Assembly: GCA_011109175.1 (NCBI GenBank)
Contig: RDEW01000021.1
Span: 982,513-1,046,512 of the forward strand
Reading direction: 5' to 3'
DNA from: Dicyema japonicum
Taxonomy: Eukaryota; Animalia; Dicyemida
Length of the DNA stretch: 64,000 nucleotides
Below the pieces are notes generated by a model. The model did not search any database. It was not told the DNA's origin and saw only the letters and a list, made by a program, of their open reading frames with translations. The number at the start of each line of letters is the position of its first letter. Position 1 is the first letter of the stretch. Below, in pieces: positions 1 through 13,769 of the stretch. A program made the position numbers and the translations under genes.

Positions 1-726
1 GAACGGGTCTCAGGTCGCGATTGAGATCGCCTTTCCAGCATATGTGTCATCGCTCTCAAGTGGAAGCCTTTTGATCCAATATTTACTACGTTTACCAACC
101 GGACTTTCTTGGGAAAAAGTCTTCGACGAAGCTCGTCGCGAATGGTGTAAAACTGGTTCGGAGTGGCCAAACAATCCTTCGAGGAAACGTGACTGGGATG
201 AGATCTACTCCAAGAATATCTTTGACGTGCTAAAGTCTATGGCCAACCAGTATCTTCTTGCATGCCTCGTGTCAAGGGAGTGATTGGATGCACTCCCGTG
301 TTCCTTTCTGAGGACCCTTTTGGACGATGACTGTATTCGTATTGGGATCGAACAACGCCTGGGAGTTGATGTTTGCGTCGAACATCAATGTCGCTGTGGA
401 GGGATCGTCGATGCCAAGGGCTGCACCCGCTCTCGTGCAAATGGAGTGCGGGTAGAGCACCCCGCCATGCTGCTATGAACAACATTGTCTTGCGAGCTCT
501 TGAAGCAGCAGGCTTCCCGGCAGTACAGGAGCCTGTGGGATTGGACCGCGGAGATGGGAAAAGACCGGATGGGTTAACTATCTTTCCGTTCACTGAGGGA
601 AAATCGCTCGCATGGAACTGCACTGTTGTGGACTCGTTCTCGAACTCGATGATGCTCAGCTCGGCGCAGTTTGCTAGTTCGGCAGCCGATCTGGCCAAAA
701 AAAACGTGCAACTTTATACATTTTAG
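1..726 (+). mobile_element. CRE-clade-like non-LTR retrotransposon, C-terminal fragment (zinc knuckle + restriction-like endonuclease), frameshifted
   Basis: ORF pieces read [19 protein letters not shown]...RHAAMNNIVLRAL...EPVGLDRGDGKRPDGLTIFPF...AWNCTVVD, the CCHC + RPDG endonuclease signature. Confidence 0.8.
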
Positions 727-1254
727 ATATTTCCCTTTCGGACATAGAGTTCCTTGCTAAGGCTTCAAAAATTTTTGCTTCAATTTTTGGCATGGTTGAT
801 TATTATTCTATTGGTCGGAAATTAAATAAACTACATAAAATGAAATTTATATAATGTTATGTTTTGAATTTCCTGTTCATTTGTGTAATTTCAGTATTTT
901 CTTGTCTCTGCGTGAATGCCTTGTGGCAACAACATCTGGATGACATCCGATATCTCTGAAAAGATATCTTCGAGATTATTCTTTGTTGTAGCAGTTTTGA
1001 ATTATTTTATGACTCGAATCTTTTATTTCATAGGGAACAAAACAGTCGAGCATTCTGAATTTCAAATTCGTCTTTGAACCGTAGGCATACATATTTGTCA
1101 TATATTGATTTAGTGTTCTTTGATGTGACGTACACCAAACACGTTTAGTTAGCTAATTGATTATGGGTAAAAATTTTATAGCATTTATTTGTCAAAAAAT
1201 AAATAATTATATTTATAACGGCTTGATTGGACCCCACGTTTGGAACGCGTCAAT

Positions 1255-1685
1255 TGTGAAGGCTTTGGAAACTAAAGGATGTTTGACCACAGTCTGCCTT
1301 GATATTTCCAAGATAAAAAAGCATTCTGTTTTGAGCACTGTATATAAACAATTCATTGAACCATCCATCTCTTATGCATGTGGTATATTGGCCCCGCTCA
1401 TCTCTTGAACGAATGTCTTGAAGATCGAGGCTAGCAGGAAAAGATCCTCCAAAATCACAGAACGCTGGAGAGTTCCAGGCACCATTGCCACTTGAAGCCT
1501 TGATACGAATGAACCATGGAACGCGTCGTCGTGACTGCAAAGGTTTAGTCACTCGACCGATATGTGCTTGTGTAGGGTCGAGGGAGGAACATCGGGCAAA
1601 GATGAGGTCCCTGCTAGTGCGTGCTGGGATCACGTGATTAGTGAGTTTGTGTAACCGTGGTCTTTGGTGTTATTATTATTATTCG
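1255..1685 (+). mobile_element. Internally deleted I/jockey-like LINE 3' fragment (family B) with 3' hairpin and (TTA)n tail
   Basis: VCLDISK motif joined to VYKQFIEPSISYAC; 1400-1685 homologous to the reverse complement of 8608-8905; ends gatcacg...cgtggtc then ttattattatt. Confidence 0.65.
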
Positions 1686-1856
1686 ACACTGTGTGACATC
1701 TTGGACTTCTTATTTGTCTTGCAAAATGTGGTGTTGAAAATGAACTTTATTTTTGGCTTTGGTAACTGAGAAACAATTGAAGACGTACATGGGCCAGATC
1801 GAAGAGGGTGTAATGAAAACTTAAATTTACTAACCTGAGTAGAACTTGAGAGCTTA

Positions 1857-2075
1857 ATGAGTACCTCGCTACTATTATATATTCAAAGTTCACGATTAGA
1901 AGATTTGAAAAACGTGGAGAGACTACCTATGGTAAAACTAATAATAGAAAACCGTAGAGAAGCCCAGTTTTTGATTAGACTTGGTTTCTCAAAAGTTACG
2001 ACGGAGTGGTTTAGAAAACCGGAAATTCAATGCATTCGTTGCCTGCTGTTCGGACATATTTTGCAAAAATGATGA
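1857..2075 (+). mobile_element. Gag-like LINE ORF1 remnant with zinc knuckle
   Basis: QCIRCLLFGH resembles C-x2-C-x4-H; truncated by a stop. Confidence 0.4.
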
Positions 2076-2744
2076 CGTCATAGTAAAGAACGCAACAAAA
2101 TGTTTATAAAGGAAGCACTAATGCCAGAAAGATCAGCGAGAACAGTAAAGATCTGATCGAGGCAATACGGAACGGGTGGAACCCGATCACTCCTCGGAAT
2201 ACAAAATATATTGGAGATGAACCCTTAAAGTCTTCCATTGACAACAAGATCCTAATGAATTTGAAAATCCAACATTAGAAAGACCTGTTCGTGAAGAGGA
2301 GAAATTTCAATGTATTGTTGACCAATTGTCCCAAAATATTGAGATGACAAAATCGAAGTAGGATGCCAAGTCCAAATATAGAAAGTTGGTTTATCTCCAT
2401 AAAAGGGACGAAATAACAAAGGATTTAATGATACTTGAAAGTCCACCATTGAAAGAAGTATTTATTGTCCTTATTCACTGCAGAGATATAGCTGTACGCC
2501 CGTTGCAAGCTGGATTCCTCAATGAAAAAATTGGAAAATAAAGTTAAAATTTCTTCATAATTAAAAACAGCATATTGAGTTGATTAATCAGAACTTTATA
2601 AAATTTTGATAAATCTTGAATTTTCAATAATGAAGAAATAATAATACACAATAATATTACACAAAAATGACCACAAAAGGCGATTACAACACGTGTAATA
2701 AAGTTTATTAATTTTGGTTAACCACATTAAAATAATTAAATTAT

Positions 2745-2830
2745 AAAGACCAAAGGTAAAACAAACTAACTAAATTAATTATTTAGAACTAATTCCGTGA
2801 TCCTGACCCGTGCCAGTGGGACCCTCATCT
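2745..2830 (-). mobile_element. SINE subfamily C, tail fragment
   Basis: Reverse complement resembles caggatca...agttagtt...ttacctttggtcttt at 17080-17130. Confidence 0.5.
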
Positions 2831-3349
2831 AAACACAGTGATCTAAAGGACAATTTCTGCTTCCCTGCTCCAATGGAGGGGTTATTGCAATGATAGATAA
2901 AACGAACGAAATTTTATTAGTAACAAAAAAAATAAGGAGTAAAGTGGAGGGTGTAGTATTTTTAATCCTGCCATTAGGCTGGACATTTCGCCTGTTTCCC
3001 TCTCCTTAGTTTAACTTTGTCTGAATGTAAGAGCTTCGGACTTTGGTTTTCACCATGAAAACCTCTATTTTCCTCTAGATTACGCACTTAATTGGTGTTA
3101 AGAGTTTATCTTTAGTTAATTCATCCATTAGCCTTCTTATCAAGGCAAACTTGATGTCTGTCCTTCTTTTTCTCTAGTAGGGAATCTATTTTGTCCTTCT
3201 TTTGGAGAAAAACCATCCCTCACATCCTTAGAGCAAATTTGGGAGAATTACTCCACAGATGAATATGTCTTTGGTTACGTGTAGCTTTCGTATATATAAA
3301 AGCGCTTGCAGAGCTTTCTTATTCTAATATCTTCCATATACACACGGCT

Positions 3350-4380
3350 ACTTATTTATTTATTAACCCAGGGATCACCGAGAAAGAAAGACAAAAGTAA
3401 AGTCAACTAGTTAGGTGATCCCAGTTCCCGCAACCATCCTAAGCCTGTGCGTTTCTATTGTTCCCACTGTCGAACGGAAATGACTTTTTTGATCTTTGCA
3501 GAGGAAGCAGGTTTGGGAAGGAATTTTCTTAGCCAACCGATTTTCTTTTACGTGGAACAGTGAGAGGCTTAGTGGGTGTACATCTTTCTCGCAAATGCGG
3601 AGAAATCCCGAACCACATCTACGAGTTGTAGATTCCGCCAGCAGGGGAGGTATTTTTGTTCCACATTGTGGTCCCAGCATACGTATTGTTTTCCTTTGCA
3701 GTAAGTTTAGTTTTTGGATAGTGGTCTCTGATAACGCGAATCTCCACGCAGCAGAGGCATATTCCACGATTGTCTGGCGGTATATGGTTCCGATTGCTTT
3801 ATTCATATTCGCTGGGTCTTCTGGATGAGGGCCCGTGTGACATTCAATTTCTGTAGTCCTTTGGTGAAGAATTGTTTGGCATGGTAGGTGAAATTAAGCA
3901 GCCTGTCGTATGTTACTCCCAGTATAGATGGTTTCTTGTGACAGGTATCCGAGTATATCTGATGAAGATTTCTGGTTTTTCTTTGGACCGCCGGGCGGAA
4001 ATGAATAGAGTGCCTGTTGATTTTGGAGCCGATACCGAGAGACGGTTAGCTATCAACCAATTGTGGATACAATCCACTTTCTTGTGCAAGTGAGACTGCT
4101 TCTGATGTTGAACCGCTTCTTGTTGCAATGATGATATCGTCAGCATAAGAAAGCAGTAGGAAGTTCTTGTCAATGTCTGCTGGCAGGTCGTGGAGGAAAA
4201 AGTTGAATAGAGTTGGGGGACAAAGGCGAACCTTGGGGCACTCCGTTTGGTAGTCTTGGAGAATAAAAAAGTGAAATTTTACTGTTCAAGTATTCTTTTG
4301 ACACACTGGTTCAATTAAATTGTTATATACGATATCTGCCTCCTCTTTCGTCGAACAATTCCTCCTAAAGCTACCCTAGA
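3350..4380 (-). mobile_element. I/jockey-like LINE reverse transcriptase 3' fragment with terminal stem-loop
   Basis: GVPQGSPLSPTLF, LSYADD, VEYASAAW motifs; hairpin gggatcacc 3371-3379 / ggtgatccc 3414-3422; tail tgggttaataaataaataa. Confidence 0.85.
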
Positions 4381-5479
4381 AAGATAACTGCCCTCTTCTT
4401 TTTTTGGGTTAAACAACTAACTTTTTTGTTTACTTATTTATTAACCCCGGGATTTATTATTTTTTGTTTATTTATTTTTGTTTTGTTTATTAAAATAAAA
4501 TATTATTATTTAAATTAATCACGTTTATGTTTATTTTTGTGGTATTTGTCCGTCTTAATTGACTGTTAATTTAACAGTTAGCTTTTGGCGGAGACATTGT
4601 TGTTGGTTTAAACGCTATGTTCACTGAATGTCGTAGTTCTTGCCAAATACATTTAATTATTGTTGTAATTATTACCGTTATCTTAAATTGTTAACGAACA
4701 TAAGAGAATTGACTATTTTCAAGGTGGCATCGAGTTCTATGGCGGGATCAAAGGGTTCGTTTACCATCAGCGGCACAAATATGCAGGATGCATAGTCCCC
4801 CCATTGACGTTCTATCAATAACATTGGGATAAGGGTAAGTATATTTTTTGGATAAACGAACATCTTAAAACTCATAATGAAGTCAGATTTTCAGTATCCC
4901 AAAGACCAAGACGTGAAGAGATGTTTCAGCATCTTTTGCCTACATTCCTGTAGGGGCCATCAGTCATTGTATCCATGATTAATTTTTCTGGAATCCTTAA
5001 AAATCTTTGTCAAGAAGAAGGAATTAAAGACCTGATCTTTATTTTGATGATGCCCATATTCATCATTATTGATTAAAATAGCAAACCTCCATGACTCTAT
5101 TTACCCCCTTATTCAATAATTTTTTTGTTACATCGTTTTTTACCTTTAAAAAATTTAGTGACACTATTGGTAGGGAAACGACACCTCTATTGCACTATGT
5201 CTTATTCGTATTCCTTACCGACTTCTCCGTTCACTCTGGGATCTTTCAATTGAAGAGGACATAATCAACCTTACAAGAAACACCAACTGGTATGCAATCT
5301 AACCAAATATGACGTCTCTCTCTGCTGTCTACAAAGAGACAAAAACGACCATACAATGTACAGAACTGTTTGGAAAATTCCACCTTTTTATCCTCCCGTC
5401 GCCTGCCGACATTATGGTCTCGGATTTGAGTCCATCAGGACCTGATTCACTACGTTACAAGAGTGAACAGTATCTGATA

Positions 5480-5590
5480 TGTGCGCAACAGAAAATCATT
5501 GTCGAAGCTAACGGAGAGGATGATTCGGAATACGCCACAAGGGAAACTTAACTAGTTTTATGTTTTCTCGGGAGTGCTTTTTAATAATAT
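5480..5590 (+). mobile_element. RTE family 3' terminus
   Basis: Matches the reverse complement of 31425-31520 and of the 35795 element end (ttctcgggagtgctttttaataat). Confidence 0.65.
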
Positions 5591-5899
5591 AATAATTGGT
5601 AGGGAAAGTTACGCTAATGGTTGGGAAGCTCTAAGAATCCACACTTCCTATGGAAATGTCATACTATGGTCACTATGTAATACGACTAGGGATTTAAGAA
5701 AAGTCGTGGCTTACTGCATCGGAGACTTATCCAACTTGTATCGTGAAATGAAAAATGTTAGACAATATGAACGAAATGATATGGGAATTAATTCTAGGAA
5801 CAAAGAACTCACTATGTGATCGATCGTTTATAAGCTAGTTGAATTTGCTTGATGTGGTGCAAAGATTCTGAGAGACCGTGCCACCGAATGAAAGAATTC

Positions 5900-7015
5900 C
5901 AGTTCTTTGAATTCTGCTTTCTAATGCCCGACGGTAAGAAATGTTATAAGAGTGCGGTTCCGGGCCGACATCATAAACAAGACAAAAGTAAAAAATGGAT
6001 TAAAACTCACTTTTGGTGGATATCACTAGTTAAGTGTGAGATGAAATGAAGATCCACAATAGGAACGTCCTTATTCTACTGATGTAACCTGTAGACTAGG
6101 AAACCTTAGTATGGACGTCTATTGAAAACTCTGTCTTCCTGTAGTGATGGAGACAAACTGGGGTTTTTTCTCACTTGTTCTATCGCATTGGAGCATCCTA
6201 TGAAATATTGGAAGTAACCCATTTCAAAGGCTGAACCCTAACATGTTTTTCCTGACTTGATATTAGACAAATGGACCGGGATCACCACTGGAAGATGCTG
6301 ATAAGCTGTGTAACTAATATTAACTATCTGAGCAGATGTATCACCTAAAAAAGACCAATTATGTAAATTCTCGTGATCTTATCCCCCATTGGATTTATCA
6401 CAGAATAGAAGGGGACTCAAGAGAATCCTTCTTGCCTACTAACCAGATGAGATAGTCACACTTCGTGAATTTCATGTGAGTAAATGAAAAATCAATGTTA
6501 ATGAGACTCTTCAAAAAGTGACCCGAGAGTCAAATCTAATTTGACGGTAGTTTAAAAAATTGGGTATATCCAGGTCGATTGAAGTTGCCAGGCATCAGAA
6601 TGACACCTAAACGAGAGGAACCCAACAATGACACGATAAGCTACAAGCCAATAGGTTTAATGTGCTTGATGCCAAAATGATGAAACACATCGTCTTCAAG
6701 TGGCTCTCTGAACATGTTGAATCAAGTAATTGTTTGGGTCTGAAAGGGATCTTCCTACTTTCTCCCTGACCAAATCCTCTGGTGATTACATAATGAAAAC
6801 ATTCTGCCGATGAATGAAGTGATTTCCGCGACGGTAGAACGTGTGATAAAAATGGAAGAGGGGCAGCCTACTCTCCACCTCTCTTTTGAAGTGGAAACCT
6901 TGGTGGGTACAAGCAGATGTTATCCCATGGGTTCCTTCCTTGAATTAGTTATAACTGTTTGTGCTGCGCTTACTAAAAGATTGTAAGCCTGGGGTTAATA
7001 ATAATCATAATAATC
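5900..7015 (+). mobile_element. Heavily degenerate LINE (RT remnant)
   Basis: Residual SYKPIGL and xSPPLF motifs; ends taagcctggggttaataataat, as does the minus-strand end near 33390. Confidence 0.45.
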
Positions 7016-7623
7016 TCCCCCTCCAACCTTGATATGACAGCAAATCACCCAGAGTCAGTCTCGGAAAAGGCTAAGAAGAGGATATATGAATGTCTCGGGT
7101 TGACAGTTCATTTTTGAACCAGTCGCCGGAAGCTGTTCACTAACCAAGCTAAACCGTATCCCTTATCGCAATAAGAAAAAGAAACGATGAGAAAGGACCT
7201 GGATCATTGCATTCCTTACAATCGTCGGTGGTTCAATTTTAAAATCTAATACATTCGAAGCTGGATCCTACGTGCTCTCTTGACTTTCTTTGCATAGAAC
7301 TTCGTGTTTCCGATATCTCTCGAGTCGCTCACATCTACCATGCTTACGAGAAAGGAAGACTTAAATCTAGCAGACATTATGTGCTTAAAGTACGTCACCA
7401 TTTCATTCTTTCAAGTAATTAACCATTGATTATCTGAAGTGCTATTAAAATTTCTTAGAATGTGCATTCACTCACGGAAAATGTTGACTCGGCTTTAATT
7501 TTAAAATTAGACAATTTCAAAGTTATTTTGATTGTCTTTTGACTAATAATTTTTTTCTGAATAAAAAAATTTCAAAGTTAAAACAGCACGTATTGAATTT
7601 TTTTTAAACCAATTAAAAAAATG

Positions 7624-8261
7624 TCAGTTGAGGAAGCCTGCTGCGTGGATTGCGAACGAGTTTCCTCGGAGTATGGCTATTCCTATCTTTTGTCTTAGCC
7701 ATAACCCTTCTCGTTGATCCCTTTTCTTTCTGGCAAGCAATCCTCCGAGTTCTCGCAAGAATTCAGCCGTCATTGGACCAACGGCTCCCGATGATTCGGT
7801 CGCAACAGGAGTAAATCGTAGCGATCCCCGAGGCAAGAATATTTCTTGATTTTTAAATTTTCCGCAGTCGAAGCTGCTACTCCAGGTGTCTGAACAGATT
7901 TAAAAATGTTCGTGTTTGAAAACGTGTCTATGCAAGTTGCGTCCCAGACCAAAGATCTTCCAGACGTGAAGGGGAAAAGGGTCATCCCATCAGGTCTCTT
8001 CCCATCTCCTCGATCAAGACCCACTGGTTCAAGCTGTGCTGGGAAGCCTGAAGCCTTCAGAGCTCTGACGATCACATCATTCAGAGCAGCATTGACGTGG
8101 TCCCCTTCCGGCGCTTCTTCTGCAAGGACAGCGGGTGCAATCCTTTCGCATCGACTGTTTTCCCGCATCGGCATCGGTGCTCCTGGCAAACGTCTAGTCC
8201 CAGCCTTTGTCCGATTGAATTTATAAAAAAATTGATGCCTTATAAAAATCAAGGATATCAC
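7624..8261 (-). mobile_element. CRE-like retrotransposon C-terminal fragment
   Basis: EPVGLDRGDGKRPDGMTLFPF...WDATCIDT...KIKKYSCL and IGIAILRGNS. Confidence 0.85.
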
Positions 8262-8607
8262 GTATTACTCAAGTTAAGAGAATCTGAAAAGAGTTTGTCA
8301 CATAAAAAATCGAAGGAACTGTGAACGTAAGCTTGGGACAGTTGAATTACCATGTCTAAGGATCATTTAGTCACAAATCCGCAAGAAATGAGACCCCTTA
8401 TTTCGCGTTAAGAATAAATTAATATTGCTCCAGAAAGTGTTTAAAATCAGAAAATAATCATGATTTCCTAAGGAAGCTTAGGAAAGTGTATCCATTTAAA
8501 TAGAAACTGGCCTGAGATGTATTTTGCCCTGCTATTCTTGGAAAATTAATACAAATCAAGTCACTCTTGCAGCGCCTAGCGTTTATCTACAAAACAGCTG
8601 TCGGGCG

Positions 8608-8905
8608 AATAATAATAACTCCAGAGACCACGGTTACACCAAACTGACAAATCACGTGATCGCATCACGCTCTAGCAAAGACCTCAACTTGGCTCGATGC
8701 TCCTCTCTCGACCCCACACAAGCACGTATTGGAAGAATGACTGGATCTTGGTAATCATGACGGCCACCCATGGTTCATATGTATCATGGATTCTAGAGGC
8801 ATTAGAGGCTGGGACTTTCCATAAGTTAATCGTTCCGTAATTTTGGTGGCTCTTTTTCGGCTAGCCTCGGTCTTCAAGATATTTTTCCAAGAAATGAATG
8901 GATCC
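8608..8905 (-). mobile_element. LINE family B 3' fragment
   Basis: Homologous to 1400-1685 (shared ARCSSLDPTQA antisense peptide), same hairpin and tail. Confidence 0.65.
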
Positions 8906-8934
8906 CAGAGGCCACAAGGATTTTTAAATTAAAT

Positions 8935-9144
8935 TTATTCCAAAGACCAAGGGTAACCAAACTAACTAACTCCTTGATCCTGACTCGTAGCAGCGCTCCA
9001 GACTTGTCTCCAGGTAACGAAATTGTCCCCGGGGAAAGATAGTGGATCCTCCTGATGCCGGCAAGACATTTGGCGTCTTCTCAGTAAGGAAAGAAAATAA
9101 TTATGACAAACTAGCCACATAGCACAACATGGAACCACGTGGCC
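8935..9144 (-). mobile_element. SINE subfamily C copy, core partly deleted
   Basis: Head ccacgtggttccatgttgtgctatgtggctag, partial core gacgcc...gccggcatcaggaggatcc, tail caggatcaaggagttagttagtt. Confidence 0.7.
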
Positions 9145-9299
9145 AAAAATTGTGATTGATAGTAAATAATATTTATTTCATTTAGAATTCGACACCATCC
9201 GCGCGTCCATGATTGCGAGATAGGGAGTTTGCGACTCTTTTCAAACAATTCAAGTGAGCAATGCCACCACGTAGGCGAGTCACACGGCATGAAATTTCG

Positions 9300-11545
9300 T
9301 AAATATTATTATTACCCCCAGGATCACTGGGTCAAAGAGAAAGAATAAAAGTTCTCATCTAACTAAGTGATCCCAGATCGACAAAGGAGAGGACGAGTCC
9401 TGGCGTGGGTCGAGAATCCTGAACAGCTTTCTCATTGGACATGGAATCGGCTCAAATTTCTGTATGATTGTAGATATTTCGATAGTGTATGGAATAGCAT
9501 CGGGCCTCCTTTAAGAGTTTCGTTGTAATTCGATTAAAAATTTTCAATGGGATGGATTTCGTGTTCTGGTCCAATTAGCCTTATTGCAGTTTCCTCGATT
9601 GCGGATAGTATCAATGGAGGATTGTGAAATCTGCATTGCCCATGAAGGACTTGCACACGTCATCTTGGTCGGATAAATTGTTCATAAATCGTGGCAAGGC
9701 CACTAGTTTGGTCTCTAATGTTTTTGAGAGCATTTTAAAATTCTCATTTTCTTCAGAGCAGAAGTTACTTGTTTTTAACATGCCGGATAAAGGTGAGTCC
9801 CTGATAAAAGGTTACTTCCAGAATCTTTGGTGTTTTGTTAATAGAGATAGCTTCGTTCTTCATAAAGACTTTTGGTTCGATACAGAGCTGTCTCTTGTAG
9901 GTGGTAAACAGTGTGAAAAAGGACTTTGCTGCTGATGTGTCGAGTCTCCGCTTCGAGAGCCATAGTTCCAAGTTGTCGAGCATTTGTTGAGCAAACTGAG
10001 TCGCTGATTGAATGCTTCTGTCCTTGGAGGCAAGAATGATATCGTCGGCGTATGAGAGGATTAGACAGTTTTCATTACAGGTTTGTGGCATGTCGTTTAT
10101 GTAGAGATTGAAGAGTTGGGTGATAGTGGGAGCCTTGAGGGACTCCATTTGGGAAATAGCGAGATCTTGATTTGATGTTGTTGCAGAGTACTTGTGCTCG
10201 TCTTCCATTTAGGAAGTTTCCAAGCCAAAGTTTCAGGTTCGGATGGATGTTGGTTTCAAATATTTTCTTTGTTAGAGTTTCCTAGGGACTGAGTCGAACG
10301 CTTTTGTGATGTCCACGGATATAAGTACTGTCCTCTGATGGGGTTTGGGGGAGTTAAATCCTTCCGCAATGAATTGTGTGAGGGTTGTAAGGTGTGTTGT
10401 CGTCGAATGGTTTGTCCCCGTGCTGGGTCGGAGGTATTGAGATTGAGTCTTATATTTTTTCCAAAACAAGCCTTTCAAGGATCTTTCAGACCGGACTTAG
10501 AATAGATATTGGGCGATAGGAAGATGGTTCATCTATTAGTTTGTTGGGTTTTCGGATAAGTCTGATTAGAGACTTTTTCCATATTTCAGGGATTGTATTT
10601 GTGTTAATGGATAGGTTGAATATATAGGCTTATAGTTCCAGGGCTCGATGGCCTAGGTGCTTCAGTTCACATGTGGTTATGTTGTCTGGTCCTTTGGCCT
10701 CTGAGTTGTTGGCCTTGGATATGGCTCTGCGGACATCCTGGCTAGTAAATAGGATCCAGTCATCGGAGCGTTTCGGTTCAATCTTTTTCAGGAATACTTG
10801 GTGTTCTTTTGAAAACTTCTTGTAGGAGATAGACGTATAGTATTTTATCAGATTGTCTGGTTCTATGTAGACTTCGACTTTTCTCTCTGGGAAGGATCTT
10901 TTGATGTTCTTGATCCCCTTCCAGACTCTCTGCATTAGGGGGTTTTTGCAGAGAGCCTTTGATAGTCTCGTCTATCTACTTGCATTTTCTGCCTTTATGT
11001 TGTTGTCGATCTCTCTGTTCAATTCACGTATTTTTCTGATGTTCTCTTCTGTTGGCGATTTTACCATCTTTAGATTATTTCGTTCTCTGATCAGATGTTT
11101 CGTCGTTGTGTTGAAACGTTTTGATGACGTAGGTTGTCTCCCCATAGGAATGTACTTAAATTTAATAGTACAATACAATTATCGACGTAATCCTTGAATC
11201 CTCTCCAATTCGCAAGGCTGTAGTTAGTAATCGTTGGGCACTGTTTTTTTATCCGTGACCTTGTTTTGACCTCCAAAAATATTGGATTGTGGTCACTCCT
11301 GATGTCATACTTCACTGACCAGTCAATAAGAGGGGCCAAGGACGGTGATGACAATGAGATGTCGATAGAAGAAGTTTATCGTTACGTCGAGTAGGTGTTC
11401 TTGTATGAGATGCAGGATCGTTGAGTATGCATAGGCTGTGTAGGTCCTCAATTATCATCTTCCCTCTTTTGTCGTAGGTTTGTCCTGTCAGCCACAGTGG
11501 GTGGTTCGCATTGAAGTCACCACAGATAATCACATCCTTCAGTGA
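9300..11545 (-). mobile_element. Jockey-like LINE ORF2 (APE endonuclease + RT), frameshifted
   Basis: IICGDFNANHPLW, KGPDNI, ISVDITKAFDSVP, LFNLYINDMP, LSYADD; 3' hairpin ggatcact/agtgatcc then tgggggtaataataat. Confidence 0.9.
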
Positions 11546-11710
11546 TGCGAGAGGAGTGAATCACATCCGTAAATAATATAGTAAATTACAACAGAAAATG
11601 AAGAAAATTACTGAGTTATTAATAATCAGTAAATTGAAAACATTTTTTTAAATAAAAATTTTGAATTAATTTTAAAATTATGTTTTGTTGTGATTTATAA
11701 TGTGACTTAA

Positions 11711-12628
11711 ATGGTTGGAAATGGAATACTTAACGAAGGAATATATGAAATTGTATTGGGGGACTCTTTTTATAAGGATAGACCTAACAAACAGAGAGCT
11801 TGCCACCACACTATCCGCTGTATAATTACTATATTTATTTAGACGACTTCAAACCCGCCTCGGTGAATGAAAACAACGGGACAATTGAATTTGAAGATGA
11901 CGCAGTTACCCTGACCCACCCGACTATAGAAGCAGTACTCATGAACCTCTATTTAGACTCGCCCTGAACATGAAATAGTCTACAAGGGAAGCAAGAGGCC
12001 GACAAATAGAGAGTGCATTATTATCGTCGACAACGAAAATAAGAGGCTCATCTTCGAGAGGATTTCTTCTGCCATCAATCTGAAGAGGTCTCAGACTATC
12101 ACGTCATCATCCACCTATATGACGTCATCGGATTTGGTGACGCCAGAAGGTGGAAAGGATACTCTCACAGAGAATTTTAAACGAGGACTAAAAATCCCTG
12201 CTGATATTGGGGAGGAAGTCGACTCTGAAAAACCGCCTTGTCTGCTTGATTCAGATTTAAATAAGACTGGTACCTCATCAAATGGCGACCCACGTGTAAA
12301 CGAACCAAATAACACATTCATTTCAACTGTTAAGGATTTCAGGGATCAAGAAAGATCAAATCTTGCCAAGAGACCGTGTTTATCCCGAAGAAGTGTTACT
12401 GGGGATCAACCAGTAGCTGGTACCCAGACCAAACAAGTCATCTCCCATGAAAAAATGAGTCAGTTAAATTGTCATAATTTATCTGATTCAGAGTCTTCCA
12501 TTTCTGAGAGTAAGGGTGACTCTGACCTAATCATTGATACAAATGAAGGAGCTCTTGGTTAGTGTTGTCATGATTTTGTAGTTAATGACCTGGTGTTATC
12601 TTCGGACTCTGATCTCGTTGATTTGTGA
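11711..12628 (+). CDS. EAF: ELL-associated factor (EAF1/2 family), 282 aa, introns 11820-11842 (23 nt), 11935-11956 (22 nt), 12558-12581 (24 nt)
   Basis: Spliced product YEIVLGDSF...HHTIRYDFKPASV...VYKGSKRP...ECIIIVDNE...ERISS and C-terminal NDLVLSSDSD match the EAF domain and tail; spliced length 849 nt, no internal stop. Confidence 0.9.
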
Positions 12629-13330
12629 ATGTTTGTTTTTATAAATTAAATTTGTTACTTTTTTGTAAATAATAGCTACCCTGCTTCAAGTACCTGTTCT
12701 GCCTGTAAGAGTGCCAAGACATTAAAATTTCAAATATGCTAACCTCCAAGGCAATGTGACGTTTTTTCCTCGCTGTGGGAACTTGGAAATCTAATTTCGA
12801 CCCACTCGGAAGACGTTAGCGAAAACTACTATTCGAGCGGAATTCTTTGGCACTACGGAATAGTGGTCCTCGACTTGAAAGTGGTCAAAAAATAATTTTA
12901 TCAAAAAGTAGAATAGCCACGCAGTTAGAGTGCGGCCCTGTAACTCTGATTTTGTTTGTTTTTGCTATTATTTCAGTATTTGTCAAATGTATCGTTTTAG
13001 CCATCCATATTTGTACTCGTTACTGCGCTACACCTTCATCAAGGGACCTTTTATGTGGATTGTAGTTATTTCTGATCACTTTTGTTTAGCTTGAAGAAAC
13101 AACTCCATTAGACTCACAACTCGGATAAATTCATTGGTACAAACACAAGCAAGTACCACTGAATGGTTTTACTTTGAATTTTTTAGAATCAATTAACTTC
13201 CCTCTCAATGCTTGTCCCCATCAATTCGTGATTTATATTAGTTCCAGCCGTTAACAACTTTTTTGGGCACTTATTAGAGCAACTTTCAGGAAAATCCCTT
13301 AAAAGTATTCCGGAAAAACACACAAGGATT

Positions 13331-13650
13331 TTATTTATTAACCCCGGATACACCGAGAAAGAAGTTAAAGTAAACAACTAATTAAGTGTATCCAGTTTCC
13401 ACTTCTACAGAAAGAGTCCATCCGGAATCAGCATAAAGGGTAAAAGACGTCCATAGTTGTAGTTGTGGAAACCCCTCCAGTGGAGTGGAGGAGAGCAAAT
13501 GATCCTTTTTCGTGCCGGCCTGACACTGGGCGCCCCCTAAACTGGTGGATCACATGACGCCACTCTAATGGAAAGAGAGAGGAAGGACAGACAAACAAAG
13601 CAGAAACTTCAATTAATTAGCTACGAAGCACAACACGGAGCCACGCGGCT
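13331..13650 (-). mobile_element. SINE subfamily A, full-length copy
   Basis: Closely similar to 39467-39766 and 55283-55600: head, pyrimidine tract, core, tail hairpin ggatacac/gtgtatcc, ggggttaataaa. Confidence 0.85.
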
Positions 13651-13769
13651 ATTTTCAAAATCCGGGAATAAGAATTTATGGAATCTGAGATCACCGACGA
13701 AAGTAATGTTTTTTCACAGAGTGAGATTATAAAATTTAATATTATTAATATAATTATTTTAAATATTTT

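Noticed and set aside
237-698. Long ORF-track entries antisense to TEs (237-698, 7906-8226, 36789-37112 and similar)
   Set aside because: They are shadow frames of retroelement coding sequence with no independent protein signal.
4678-5060. 65-aa minus ORF with IERQWG as a Tc1/IS630 transposase remnant
   Set aside because: A single weak motif is not enough for a call.
6988-7015. GGGGTT motifs as telomeric repeats or telomere-addition sites
   Set aside because: They are always single and always part of retroelement 3' tails, never tandem.
12670-13320. Possible gene between EAF and the SINE
   Set aside because: No consistent spliced ORF or recognisable motif; may be transposon debris.
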